From positions 60,762,001 through 60,826,000 of the forward strand of contig NC_045707.1 of the NCBI RefSeq assembly GCF_009834535.1: DNA of 64,000 nucleotides, in the 5' to 3' direction. A model generated the notes under the pieces. The model saw only the letters and a list, made by a program, of their open reading frames with translations, was not told where the DNA came from and made no database searches. The DNA is from Camelus ferus. Lineage: Eukaryota. A program made the translations under genes and the position numbers. Shown in pieces: positions 37,785 through 51,072 of this stretch (the stretch's first letter is position 1; every line of letters begins with the position of its first letter).

Positions 37785-38170
37785 CTGTGGCAGATTCTAT
37801 TTTCTCCCATATTTCCCTTGCCATATGTTCTTCTTACAGTATGGCCTTGACACTCCTCCCATGGAGCGGTGGAATCTAAGTCCCCTTTCCTTAAGCCTGG
37901 GTGGGCCCTTGTGACTGCCCTGCCCAATAGACTATAATGGAAGTGAAACCATGTGACATCTTAGATCATAAAAGGCAACCTCTTCGTTCTCTTGGAACTC
38001 TTACTCTTGAACCCAACTACCATGCTGTAAGGAAGCTCAAGCAGCCTGAAGAGAGGCCCAGGTGGAGAAGAAGCAAGGCCTTAATGCACAGCTTTGGTGG
38101 TTTCCAGCCAACACGTATCAACCTTCCTTCCGATCATTTGAGTGAGTCTTTGAAGTGGATCCTTCAGCAC
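37785..38170. mobile_element. MaLR LTR fragment (MLT1-like)
   Basis: 'gacactcctcccatggag...gtgactgcc...ccatgctgtaaggaagctcaagcagcc'. Confidence 0.65.
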
Positions 38171-40599
38171 TCAGGATTTACAGGTTTTCTTCATGTGAGT
38201 TGTGTCTGTTCCCAGCTGAATTAAATAACATGCCACAGGAAGAAAATCTTCCTGCTGTATTTTAAGAATTTGATCTTATGAGTAAGTATGTTATTCAGCT
38301 GTAAAGCACTGATAGAGCTATACATGTTGTCAGGACATTGACATTCTTCTGAATTGTAATGTCTTCAGCCTCCCAAGTGCTACCACCCTCTCCCCCAGCC
38401 CCCATCCTACCACCCTGGTCTCCCAGTCCCTCTCCCAGGACCCACTGGTTTCAGGTTAATGCCTGGTTCAGCACAGGAGTTTGGTGGGGGGCTGTGGATT
38501 TTGCCATAATGCTTTGGTGTCCACTTCAGTTGGTGAAGTATTAACCATGCCATACAGGTTGAAGTATTTTGAATGTCACTCCTTAATGCAAATATATATA
38601 TATACATACATATATGATCACACCATACATACTATATTTTTTAGTGATTTGTTTTCCTGTTTTGCTTATCTTCCCACTCTCCTACCCTCTCCTTTCACAT
38701 TGTCCCCTAGACTCTAGCTCCTGTGAATTACCTACCAGGTTATCCTTCCATATTTTTCCCTATGCTACTTATAAAATCAAATACAAATATGCATGCATAT
38801 TCATATATGTATATTTGGATTATTTTTGACCTACTTGATTGAGATTTTTTTTGGCTTCTTGTCCCACTCACCACCAAGCCAGGGAAGCCAAGGGGCTTAC
38901 ATGGCTGGTGAGTTTGTGTGGAGGAACTGCTTGTGCTTGGCTCAGCATGCCCTTTCTCTTGGGTAAGGAAAAGAAAGCAGGGTCAATGTCACCCCTACAG
39001 GTCCAGAACAGGAATCAGCAGGGTTGGGAACCACGACTGTCTGATTCAAAGGTGGAATACTCCCATTAGGAGTTATTTATTGCGTCACCTAAGACCCCAT
39101 CCCTGCCACAGATAGCGCCAGCTTTTTACTGCCAGTGTCAAGTGAGGTTGCAGCAAAGACCAACTGAAACCACATGGTATCCTTACCGTCACCTCCAGTG
39201 TGCCAGCCCTCACCTGCTCACATGGCTGAACTCTCCCCGGCCTCCACACACCCTACCGACCCAGAAGCAGGCCAACAAAGAGAAAGGGAGAGGCCAATGG
39301 TCCCACCTCACAAACTGGAAGAAGGACTATGAGCTGGACAGGAGACTGAGATTTTGTTTAATCAGTCAGCCCTAAAAGCAACCACTGGAATGGGCTTAAA
39401 TTAAGAATCGAAGAGACCCAAGTGCTGTTACTTGGCATTATTAATTTTTTTCCAGTTCCATGGTGAACTGAGACTCTAAAACAGCACAGTTATTTGGAGA
39501 ACCAAAAATATTCCATGTTCTTTGCCACTGAACAGAGATTCTTCCATTAAACCTACTCCACAGACAGGAAGTTGGAATCATAGACAAAAGATGGAGAGAG
39601 ATCTCTCCAGTTCACAATTCCAGATCTCGCCAAGGCCCAGCAACATTCCTGCTTTTGGGCACCAGGAGACTCCTCTGCTTAAATTAGCTCAAAGAGTCTA
39701 ATATTCCTGAGGAGGAAACTAGTGATAATGCTTTAATAAAGAAAGAAAATAAAGATTAGTGGAGTGATTAGATGAAAGGACTGTTTTATTAATTTGATTA
39801 GGAAAATGGAAGGAATGGAAGGAGAAAGGGAAATGAGTCATTCCAGGATGTGGGATCAAGATATTAGGCCTAATCAGCATAGACTAGAAGACCACTGGGC
39901 ACCATGCATATAAATAGCTTACAAAGTCTAATTGAATTTGTGTTTTAAGATCACTGCTTTTTGTGTTGTGTTTAAGAAATCTTTACATCCTCAAAGGTTT
40001 GGACCTTTGGAATGGTAACTAAGAAATCTCAGAGAAATACTACATTTCAGTAATTCTTTCATAAATACTAACTACAAGTATTTGAATATATATGTACATT
40101 AAAGATGTATAATAGATAATATTAGACATAAATATATTGAATATATATTAAAATTGAGCAATCTAGTATAATCCATTCACACTCTGTGAAAACTATCTTG
40201 TAATACCATAATAAGTTATCTCTTTTTCCGATTTACAACAAACTTGCTTCAATCTACTCTCCCAACAAAATTTCCCAGAAATTCTGTAAATAGTACAGTG
40301 CACTTTTCATTAGGATTGCCTTTTTACCCACCATTCTCTCAGAAATTCCTCCAGTCAGCAGCTTCTTTGGAAATCCAGAAAGCAACCTCATGAAACTGTA
40401 GTGTGCACCAGGCTGCAAAGATTTTATAACAGCGTAGTCAGACGATTTTGTATTTGCCACAGTAAGCATCTTTAGGAGACAGCTTGGCGTGGAACAGAAC
40501 AGGGGCTGCAGAGCCCCACGACCTGTGTTTGCATCCTGAATCTGCCACTCGTTGTGTGACCTTAAGCAAGTCACTTGCAGTACTTTACTTCCCTCTTGG

Positions 40600-41075
40600 T
40601 TCTCTCAGTTACCTATTGTTGTGGAAGAACATTATCCTCAAACTTAGTAACTTTAAACAGCAAACATTTATTCTCACACAGTTTCTGTGGGTCAGGTATC
40701 TGGGCCTGGCTTAGCTGGGTGGTTCTGCTCAGAGTCTTTCATAAGGTTGCAGTGAGGATGTTGGCCAGGGCTGCAGTCATCTGAGGACTCAGTGACTGGG
40801 GCTGAAGGATCCACTTCACTCATGGACATGGCTGTTGACAGGAGACCTCGGCTCCTCACTCTGCAGAGCTGCTGCTGTGTCTGCACCCCCTGGCAGCTGG
40901 CTTTCCCCAGAGGGAGTGACTCCAGAGAGCAAGGAGAAAGTGCAATGCCTTTTATGTGATACTGTCACTTCTGCTGAATTCTGTTCATTAGAAGTGAATC
41001 ACTGAGCCAGCTTATGTTCACAGGAGGGGAATTAGGCTCCACCCTTTGGAGACAGGAATGTCAAAGAGTCTTGAA
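40600..41075. mobile_element. MaLR LTR (MLT1-like)
   Basis: 'caaacttagtaactttaaacagcaaacatttattctcacacagtttctgtgggtcagg'; same family as 3035-3510. Confidence 0.75.
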
Positions 41076-41991
41076 TTTAAGGTTTTCACACCAGGAAAAC
41101 AGAAATAATGATCATTGATCTTACTGCACCCTTGAAATTGCATCCTTTGATTCTTTTGAAAGAATCAAAAGTAAACATCTAGACCAATGCTGGCCTCAAA
41201 GTATATATTCATTTATTTAGTATTTATTGAATACCTACTACTGAGCTGTGTTCTCAGCACATGATCACATGAGCAAAACCCAGTCCCTGCCCTCAGGAAC
41301 TCACAGTTTAATGAGAAGATAGACATTAATCACATAATACATGAATAAGTATAAAATCTCTACTTCATGTGTGCAGTGCAACGTAGAGGGCTTGGAACTA
41401 GTTAGGAAAGGCTTCTCTGGGAAAATGACGTCAAAGCTGACCTAAGGATGAGTAAGAGTTGACTAGGTACTGAAGAAAAAGAAGAGGATTCTAGGTAGAA
41501 AGGATGACAGGGGTATGATTAGTGGGTGAAAGCATGGAGAGGACAAGGCACTGGATGAGGCTGGTGTGGCCAGGGCAGGGGAAGCGCTGTGTGCCAAGAC
41601 AGGAGAGGTAACAGGGAGCCAGCCTCTGCTCTGCATATCTGTGTGTGATAAAGGAGAGGGGGAAAAACATTTTATACACTTTTATGAGATCAGTGATTGC
41701 CAGGAAGTAAAGTTGAGTGTAGGAGTTGACTACAAAGGGGCATAAAGGAACTTTTTGGGATGATGGGTTGTTCTGTATCTCAATTGTAGTAGTGGTTGCA
41801 AAAGTATACATGTTTGTTGGAATTCATAGAACTGTAGACCGAAGAGGGTAGATTTTACTGTGTGTAAATTATACCTCATTATATCTGAGTTTTTAAAAAT
41901 ATACTCCTTTGCAAGCACTTTCATAGAGATTATACCATAACATCATGAATTTTCCTATCATATGTGTTTTGGATTTCTTCCAAATAGTATT

Positions 41992-42274
41992 TTTTAATAT
42001 ATTTTTTAACTGAAGTATAGTCAGTTTATACTGTTGTATCAATTTCTGGTGTACAGCACAATACTTCAGTCATATAGGAACATACTTATATTCGTTTTCA
42101 TACTTTTTTTTACCATAGGTTACTACAAGATATTGAATATAGTTCCCTGTGCTATGCACTATAAACTTGTTGTTTATCTATTTCATGTGTATTAGTATCT
42201 GCAAATCCAAAACTCCCAATTTATCCCTTCCTACCCCCCTTTCCCCTGGCAACCATTTGTTTTCTATGTCTGTG
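41992..42274 (-). mobile_element. Short 5'-truncated L1 3' end
   Basis: Near-copy of 4571-4861; 12-bp TSD ccaaatagtatt (41980-41991) / ccaaatactatt (42275-42286). Confidence 0.88.
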
Positions 42275-42375
42275 CCAAATACTATTAATTTCTGCAGTAT
42301 CAACAGAAGGCTGTCACAATGATGTATATTCTACCTGGTGGGGCTGTACCTAAAACCCTGAAGTCAGTGAGAGTG

Positions 42376-42377
<2 letters not shown>

Positions 42378-42409
<32 letters not shown>
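42378..42409. repeat. (GT)n microsatellite
   Basis: Directly visible. Confidence 0.95.
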
Positions 42410-42412
<3 letters not shown>

Positions 42413-42579
42413 AGTGAGGGGACTGAGCACATATCAAAGTAAACTAAATATAGTACACTTTTTTGGCATTAAATTAACATGTTTTCACAACTATGTAAAG
42501 CATGAAGGGAGGAAAATTTTCTAAGGTAGTAAGTCAAGTTATTTTAACATAAATGCTGATGTTTTGTTTGCTCTATTTT

Positions 42580-42619
42580 GTTTGTTATTGAGTTATAGTC
42601 AGTTTACAGTTTTGTGTCA
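42580..42619 (-). mobile_element. ~40-bp L1 extreme 3' end insertion
   Basis: 'ttgagttatagtcagtttacagttttgtgtca' flanked by perfect TSD TTGCTCTATTTT (42568-42579, 42620-42631). Confidence 0.75.
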
Positions 42620-44327
42620 TTGCTCTATTTTTATTCTGAAAAGATGTTGCTATATGAACACAGTTCTAAGATCAACAATGATGCTGAACAGTGGAATTTA
42701 AGAGACTATTCTTTTGTTACAAAACCAATAACAGATATGAAGCAAAGCAGATTTTCCTAGCTCAGAAGCTGTTATAGTGTCTATGATATTATTCTTAGGC
42801 AAGACACTAAGGCCATTAAGCTTTTGTGAAATATAAGATTCAAGAATAACACTGGGTTCAGTGCAGCACTGGACTTCCCTTTCAACAGCTGAGCTCTTGA
42901 GATTTCCAACATAAGATGTTGTTAATGAAAATGGAATGGATAGTATTCCATTGTGTAAAATACACCACAATTGATTTATTCATTACAAAGCAATGGGAAG
43001 GAACAGCCTACAACCACACATGAAACTGTGGATGAATTACAAACAAAAGAAGGCAGGTACAAAAATGGATCCTGTATGATTCCATTTATATAAAGTACAA
43101 AAGCTAGGAAAACCAGTCAGTACTGTTACAAGTCAGTACAGCAATCCCCTTGCACAGGGGTTGGGGGAGCAGGCAACTGAAAGAGAGCATGATATAGATT
43201 TCTTACGATGGGTAACATTCTGTTTCTTGATCCAAGAGCTGGTTACACAGTTCAGTGTGCTAGTCACTGAGCTGTACATTTATGATATGTGCATTTTTAT
43301 ATGTTATGTTTTACTTCAATAAAAAGATTTTTTAATAAGAAAGAAATATATGGAACAGCTATAGGAGACATGTACCCTAAAACAGAAAATTAGAACATTA
43401 GACCACACTTACCATGTTCATAGATTGTTCTGATAGAAGACTGCTATACACGTGCCCACAGAACCATCCTCCTGTCTGAGAAGACTCCCCTCTTTGAGCA
43501 GGTGGTTTCAGGAGGTGACACTTAGATAAGGGCTAAGGAGCAAAGGAACACCAAATCAAGCCTAGGAATCAATGAGGTGACACATAGCACAGTCACACTC
43601 ATGTTCTCATTACAGGGTTTGAGACGTTGCATAATAAATCCAGTTAAAACTTAGAAAATGACCCAGACCTTAATGCATGACAATTTGGGCACAGCATTTC
43701 TGTAGGGCTTGGAGTTTGGAAAATCCATTATCTGTTGTTTCTCATTATTTCATTATTTATAAGCAAATTTATCAAACACAGTTTTATTCAAGTCCATTTT
43801 CCAAAAGCTGTGAGGGATAAAAGGAGACATAAGACATAGTCATATGATTTAATAAGGACATACTCCAACCATGAAAAGAGAAACTAAAAATACACAGCCA
43901 TATAGAAGAGTTGAAGGTGGGGAGCACTGAGTAAATATGGCTATTGGCATGCCAGGTAAACTTACGATGTTCAGTGAAGGACAGGGAAAGCTTATCAAAA
44001 GAGAACTTGAGTTGGAATTTAAAGGAATAAAGTAGACCTGGAAATGTAAGGAGAAATTTTAGGAGAGAGATTGATAATGTAAACAAAGATGTCAAGGGAT
44101 CAAAACACAAAGGGGATTTAATTGAGATTCCTTGTGTTGTGGCTCAGTCTCTGAGAAGACATTCAAAGAAGGAATCCAGCACTAAAAGTCATTCATATCT
44201 TCACTGGAATCTTGCAGAGGCTATCTACGGGGGTTCATCCAATTGGTAATCTATAGCATCACTTCTTAAAATAAGCCTTTCTATGTTCCTTGATGTCTGA
44301 TCCCTCTCATGTTGTAGCTGTAACTAG

Positions 44328-44518
44328 ACTAAAGTTTGGCAGACTTTTTCTGTAAAGGACCAGAAAATCTTTGTCACAACTACTCAACTCTGTAGTTGTT
44401 GCACAAAAGCAGCCATAACAATATGCAAATGATGGATGTGTTCTAATAAAAACTTGTCATAATAAAGTGACAGGTGACAGGCTGGATTTGGCCCACAGGT
44501 CATACCTTGCTTACCCCT
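44328..44518. mobile_element. hAT-Charlie MITE (MER58A-like)
   Basis: 'tttttctgtaaaggaccaga...tcacaactactcaactctg...ggctggatttggcccacagg'. Confidence 0.8.
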
Positions 44519-45923
44519 AAACAAGACTCACCCGATACCCCACAAAGGTGACTCCTCCCCATAACCTGTGTCCTTTTCATTTTTCTCCCTCCTTCTACCT
44601 TTTTGAGTCTTGTCTCTGCAATTAAATTTTATTACTTATGATGCCAGTTCTTGTTCTGTGATGAGACTCACAGAACAATGGGTAGAGAGAGCAGGAATCC
44701 CAGACATCCTGGGGAACTATGGACTGTTTCTAACCAGGGAGAGTGAGTCAATCCAAGTGATATTTTAAGAAAATTAATCTGGCAGCACTGTGTAGGATGG
44801 ATTGTCGTGAGTATAACAGAAAGCAAAGAGACCAATTAGGAGGTTATTGCAAAGGATTTATGCAATAGATGTGGAGTCTAAACCAGAATGTCAGCTAGGA
44901 ATGGTAAGAATGGAAGGATGTGGGACAAAGTGTGATTCAGAGATTAACTGGGATTGACAACTGATTAGATGCAGAAGAATGCAGAGGAAGGAGTCAAAGA
45001 GAAGTTAAAAATTACTAAGATACAGAGGCTAAGTAGGAAAATACTTGCATTGTTTTTGTCTACTTTTTGAGTTCTCCTTGTCCCATAAATGTCAGTGTTC
45101 CTCAGATTTCTTTCCTTAGTTGTTCCTTTTCTTTCCCTTCTCTACTCTTCCCCTCCTACCTCATAAAATTTTCCTGACATGATTCAAATTTACAGCTTTG
45201 ACTATGACTCCTTAGCTGATACATTATCTGTAGCCTGAATGTCCTTGGTGAGACGCTGACTCCCTACTTGATGTCTCTAAGAGGACTCACAGACCCTCAA
45301 CTCAGGCTCCGGTTGAGGTTGGCTTTCCCCTACTTTCAAGCCAGTAAATTGGCCTATTACTGTTTCATGGATGCAGGCAAAAGCAGTTAAGCTCTTGGTA
45401 TAGAGACAAAAGTCTTTACTCTTCACAACACAGCAAGCAGCATAAGCAGCAGCATGTTGATGTCAGTTGCCCTGAGCACCCCAAGTCCCACTGGGGTGAC
45501 GTGGAGGGTCAGATAGATGCTTGCACACCCAGTGGGTTGCGCCTCTGGAAAGGGACACTGAGCCTGAAGAACCTGCGTCATATTGCAAGCAGTGAGCAAG
45601 CCTGCTCTTTGTCCTGGAAAGAGTGCCTCAGCGTTACTCAGGGCAAAAACAAACTCAAGAAACAGCTCAGGTAAAGAGCAGTCATTGCCTTGCATTCTTA
45701 GCATACTCAGCAAAGCGTGTTGGGGTACAAGAGACCTCATGGAAGATTGTTCCAAAAGTCCGCGTTTCCAGGATGGAATTCACCAACTTCTTCCTTAAGA
45801 CCTGCTCTTCTGTTTCCGGTCTTGGTGAAGGGCTCCATCTTCTGCCGCAGTCACTCAAAGCAAAAAGTGGCAGCTATCCAGGCTTCACTTTATTTCCTAC
45901 TCCCCTCATCCAAATTAACCACT

Positions 45924-46305
45924 GAATTAGTTTCCTGTGGCTGCTGTAACAGAGTGCCGTAAACTGGGTGGCTTGGAACAACAGAAATTTATTTTCTCAC
46001 AGTTCTGGAGGTCAGAAGAATGAAATCAAGGTATTGGCAGGGCTGTGCTCCCTCCAAAAATTCTAGGGGTGAATTTGTCCTTTGCGTCTTTCAGCTTCCC
46101 TGGTTTGTGGCCACGTTACTTCAGTCTCTGCCACCAGAGTCACAATCGCCTCCTCCTCCTCTTCTGTCAAATATCCTTCTGCCTCACTCATACAAGGATC
46201 TAGAGCCCATCTGGATAATCCAGGATAAATGCCTCCTTGCAAATCCTTAATCACATAGTTTGCCATATAAGATAATATTCTGGGCATTAGGATGTGGATG
46301 TACCT
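45924..46305 (-). mobile_element. MaLR LTR (MLT1B/C-like)
   Basis: 'ttagtttcctgtggctgctgtaaca...aactgggtggcttggaacaacagaaatttattttctcacagttctggagg'. Confidence 0.85.
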
Positions 46306-47479
46306 CTCTGACTCAGTCCATACGTCTCCAAATTCTCTAAAGGTTCTAGCATGGTCATTTTTACATAATGAGTCAAACTGAATTTGGGAGTTATCCGCAT
46401 AGAAGTGATGGCTAAAGCTGTGAACACAGAGCTAATGAACACTTAATTCCAAATTCAAACCCAGTATAACTCCGAAGTTCGTGCTTTTAATCACCCGGTG
46501 CTGTCACCTTCTTGCCCTTTTTAAGTGTTAATTTTGTCAAAAGTTCAGAAGTTAACAGCTACAAAAAGGAAGCATGGGCTCAAGTCATACCAATAGCCCC
46601 TCAATCCTTGAGTTGGCGAGGGTTCCGTGGGCATAAGAAGCCCTTTGCACCACCACCACCACCACCTCTGAAAGATTCCCTACTGAAAGGTCAGTGTGGT
46701 GCATGGATGCCCTGCAACTGAGTAACCAGGAAGCTGAGTTCCCTTTCTCACCAGTTCCCTGAGATTTGCAGGTCAGTGCTCAGAGTTTCAGTCTGGGAAG
46801 TAAAAATGACCCTGATAATCATCTGCCTACTCGATGACTCCTCCGATGGGGAATTGGTGCAGTCTAGCGAGAATCAGCCCTGATGAGGGGCATTCATTAT
46901 CAGCTTCTCATTTTATGGAGACTCTGCCCTGCAGGCCTAATGAGAACATGGGAGCATAAATCCTTAAGACTTATGAAGCACTTTAAATTTTGTAAGCACT
47001 TAGCTAAAATTAATTATCCAATTAATCTCCAAGGATGATAACCAAATGATTCCTTCTAAAAATTATCATTATTTATCAACAGATTAGAAAGCTAAAAGCT
47101 GATGGAGATATTTTGCATGAGTTTCCAGAGGAGAAATTGGAGTCATTGAGAGACCAAATTCCAGCCCCGTCAGGTCTTGACAAAAAAGCAACAGAACCCA
47201 AATATGTGGAGGTGGGATCCTGGAATCTGCCCCATCCCACTGTATGGGAGTAACTGGAGGCTTCTGTTCCTCTCTCAGCCATACTAGGATTCTGCCCCTG
47301 CTTCTCTTGCTGAGCTGAGAAGGTGTTGAAGTCTTCATGAAAATGAAAACATTTTATTCTGGGAATATTGATTGACTTGCATATTAATTTAAAATGAATT
47401 TTAATTAAACAAGAATGCTTTTAAGTCAGGGACCCCTTAACTATGATTTTTTATATTACTGGCTTTGTTGATACATTGA

Positions 47480-47690
47480 GAACAAAGAATTGAAGTCAGG
47501 TGGCAGGATTTGAATCTCACTTACTACCTGGGTGACTCTGGGCAAGGTACATGCTTCAGCTTCCTTTTCCATAACATGGCATCATGATAGTACCTGCCAA
47601 ATAGTCTCAGTCTGAGGACTGAATGGGTCAGTATAGGCAAAAGCACTTAGCCTGGTTCCAGGTACATGGTAGGTACCCAATTAATGGTTA
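47480..47690 (+). mobile_element. MIR SINE
   Basis: 'cacttactacctgggtgactctgggcaagg...gatagtacctgcc...aaagcacttagc'. Confidence 0.7.
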
Positions 47691-48784
47691 TAGCTACATG
47701 GCTAGTTAAGGACTTGGGATTTTATCACAGCAAAAAGAGGACATGAGTGCGTTCCCCGCAGTTCTGTCTCCAAACCCTTTAACCATATGGATACTGAGTG
47801 TCCAGCAGACTCACAGCCCCCTCACATCCCTCTTCCTTTTCCCTGATTCCTCTGTGACTGTCTTTTCCCATCTCTCTGTCTTTCTGTTACTTTCTCTCCC
47901 TCTCTTCTCCCTGCCTCCCCTTTTCTTTTCATCCCCCCTTCCTGTTTCCTCACTGTCCAAGACAGTGAAGGATCCCACAGTTGGCTGGGTGTGCTTGTGG
48001 GAAGAATTTTGTCTCATGAAGTATCAGAGAAAAACAACCTGCCCTGTGAAGATTTCTGAATCTACTCCCTCACTGAACGGACTTTGTGTCTGTGCCTCTA
48101 CCCAACTTTTTGTATCTGTCTCTCTGTGCCTCTCTCCTTGTCTTGGTCTGCTTGTCTTTGTTTCTCTCTGTGTCTATCATTGTCTCTTGCCATGTGTGTG
48201 TCGGGGGTGGGGGTGTTCCCTTCACCTGTGTGGGTCCCCACAGCTGGGGGAGGTGAGCTCCCTGGGCTCTCTGAAGACCTGCTGGTTGGGAAGAAGGCCT
48301 TGTGCCTCCTTCTGCACTGGGACATGATTGAGAGAACTGTTTTCTCCAATGAGAGTGACTATCAGTAGGACCTGGCAGGCAGTTCTGGAACTCAAGGGAG
48401 TCAGGTGCCTCTAGGTAGCCCCTGAGTAACAGGACTTTAAGCAGTGTGTCTATGAACAGGTGTCTAAGTGGAGCAGAGATGATGATTCTAATCAAGACAA
48501 CTTACATGAAAGTTAACTGGGCACATATTTAATGATGCACATAATTATGATTGTGCTGCATGGTAATTAGCATAAATGGTAAGGGGCTCACACAAATGAC
48601 TGTAATTAGTATTACTTTTTCACAGCTAAGCCAAATTTCATTTCCCCTTTCTACATTGCTAATTCGCCAGCATCTGTAATCAATGTCAGTGTTGATAATT
48701 TCTTGATGTCACGTACTGTTTACTCATCACATCCCATGAACATACTTAGATCTAGACACACAGATGCATATGGATACACACGCA

Positions 48785-48811
<27 letters not shown>
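48785..48811. repeat. (CA)n microsatellite
   Basis: Directly visible. Confidence 0.95.
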
Positions 48812-48815
<4 letters not shown>

Positions 48816-50967
48816 GCCTGGACTCAGCTCTCTAAAATGAGAATTCCCTTGTCCCTAGTTCACTTATCCACTTCTGCAGGGCAGAGGTTCACTCTGTCCC
48901 ACCTGTGAATCCCCACCCCATTCCCCTCCTTCTTGGATCCTTGAGATCTTTAGAGAGGTTTGACCACTGGCTGCAGTGGACTGTGAGTTCCCTTCTAATC
49001 CCTAAAGTTCTATATTAAAAATAGTAATGGGGAGTTGAAAACATAAATGCATACATTTTAGTACTGTCATAATTATCACCATCTTTATCATCACAAAAAG
49101 TTATAAGTTATTGAATTTTAATGTGTTCCACATACGGTGATGTGCTTTTCTTATGCACAATCCCTTTAAATTTTGAAGTAGATGTTCTTTATTTCCTAAA
49201 TGAGAAAACTGGGGCCTATGGAGGTTTAAGTATTTGCCCAAGGTCATGGAGCAAGTCAGTGGGAAGCTGGGATGCAAATTCTGGGGATTTTGACTTTAAA
49301 TTCATGGTGTGCAGTCTACGTGTTCTAGCAAAATGTAAATGGTAAGGACAGATATTTCCTTCCTCTAAGTCTTTGATTTTTTTTCACCAGTAACTTTATT
49401 CATAGGGCAGAGCTGTCTTATTTTTATAGGAAAGAAGGGGCAGTTGGCACTGGATACTTGAAAGGGGTTTTGCTGCCAAAGAGGGGAGAGAGAAAAAAAA
49501 ATGAAGAGGCTCAGAGCACAGCCAGTGTTGGGATGTTTATTAAAACCAAACTTGTTCATCTTCCCTAAGTGATCATGGTGATCATCTAAAAAGTTCTAAG
49601 GAGTCCAGAAGAAGAAATCTCAGCATTAGGGCTGTGTCTAGCCTTGCAGCAGTTCCAGTTGGGGGCTGCTCTCGGAAGAGGCTTTTGCCTCCACTGGGTT
49701 TGCTCTTCCCACTCATTAGGCGAAAAGTTCTCTGAGTGGTCCCCCTAAGCAGTGTCCCCTACAGGCAAAATGGAGCAATTCACTCCGATGAAGGAAAAAG
49801 AGGATTTCGTGGACACAAATGGAGGGCAGGACTGGGGCCTCCCCTGCTCACTGTGATGCATTCGTGGGACAGGTCTGGGCTACTCCCCCTTTCAAGAGCT
49901 GCCCCTCCCCCTGCTCTAGCCTTTGGATGGGCTTGGGAGCAGCCTGTTCATTCTTGACCCCGCCTCCTTGACTACAGTGAGTAGTCCAGGAATAGGCACA
50001 TCTTCCAAGTCAGATCAATCAAAATCCTTCCCTGCATGTGGGGAAAGGGCCTCTGTGGTCTGAAGACTGTTAAGGTGTGCGAGACCCTGAAGAACTGAAA
50101 AGTTCCCTCTGTGGCCCTCCACATCCTTGTCAACTGTAGCTTGTACCCCTGCTTGCCGGTGATCTCAGCCTCTCGCTGTTTCTCCCACTCCTCTTGGTAA
50201 AATCCAAACAATGGCTGCTAATTAGTCAGAATAATTCTTCCCTTTTCTGACAACCATTTCTGAGCAAACATTCTTGAAGCTAGCTGAACTTCAGCTGACC
50301 CTGCTTGCTGAAGCCCTATAAAAAATTCCACCCTCCTTCCCAAGTTAGAACGCTCCTTCTCTTGCCGACAGTTTTGAAAAAAAAAGACTTATGCTAATGG
50401 CGCTCTTGTTTTTTTCCACAAAGAAAATGAGTAAGAGATGCTGAGATGCTAGCAGCCAGTCCACATCTTGTGGAGAAGCCAGCCTAAGAGAATGAAATTA
50501 ACATAGGAACAGGTGAGAAGATAAGTGCTGGGAAGAGAGAGAGGGAGACAGAAAGATGGAGGCAGAGACAGACAGACAGATACCCAGTGGTGTTCAGTTT
50601 TCCATCCTGTTTCTCTAAGGTCAGCACCACATCTGTTATCACCATTTTTTCTTATGTAAGTGAACTAGTTAAAAATGTAGGGTCAGGAAACAAAACTGGA
50701 AAAAAAGGACAATCACAGCAGTCCTCAAGTTTGGCTGTGGTAATGTATGTTTTTTGTAACTACACTGAGATAAAATCAAACCAAGAGCCTCTATGTCCAG
50801 GAATGGGGGTAAACATTATTTTTCCCTTTTAAGTAGCTCATTCAACTAGACTATTCTGGGTAAATTCTCCACCAGAAACTCAGGGTTCTCCCCTCACTCC
50901 TTAGTTTAGCCCCACTTTGTTGGAGAATCAAGTTGCTAAAAGATCATTTTTTAAAATTGTGACTTTC

Positions 50968-51072
50968 AGTTGCTTTGCTGTACACCTGAAACTAACATTG
51001 TAAATCAGCTACACTTCAATTAAAAATAACAATAAAAATAAATAAATAAGTAAATAAAAAATCCCAAGGGAA
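50968..51072 (+). mobile_element. ~105-bp L1 3' end with A-rich tail
   Basis: 'tgctgtacacctgaaactaacattgtaaatcagctacacttcaattaaaa'; TSD AAAATTGTGACT(T/C)TC at 50953-50967 and 51073-51087, at a TTTT|AAAA site. Confidence 0.8.

Noticed and set aside
47743..48495. Overlapping ORFs of 194 and 141 aa
   Set aside because: CT/GT low-complexity sequence depleted of stop codons; no domain or splice support.
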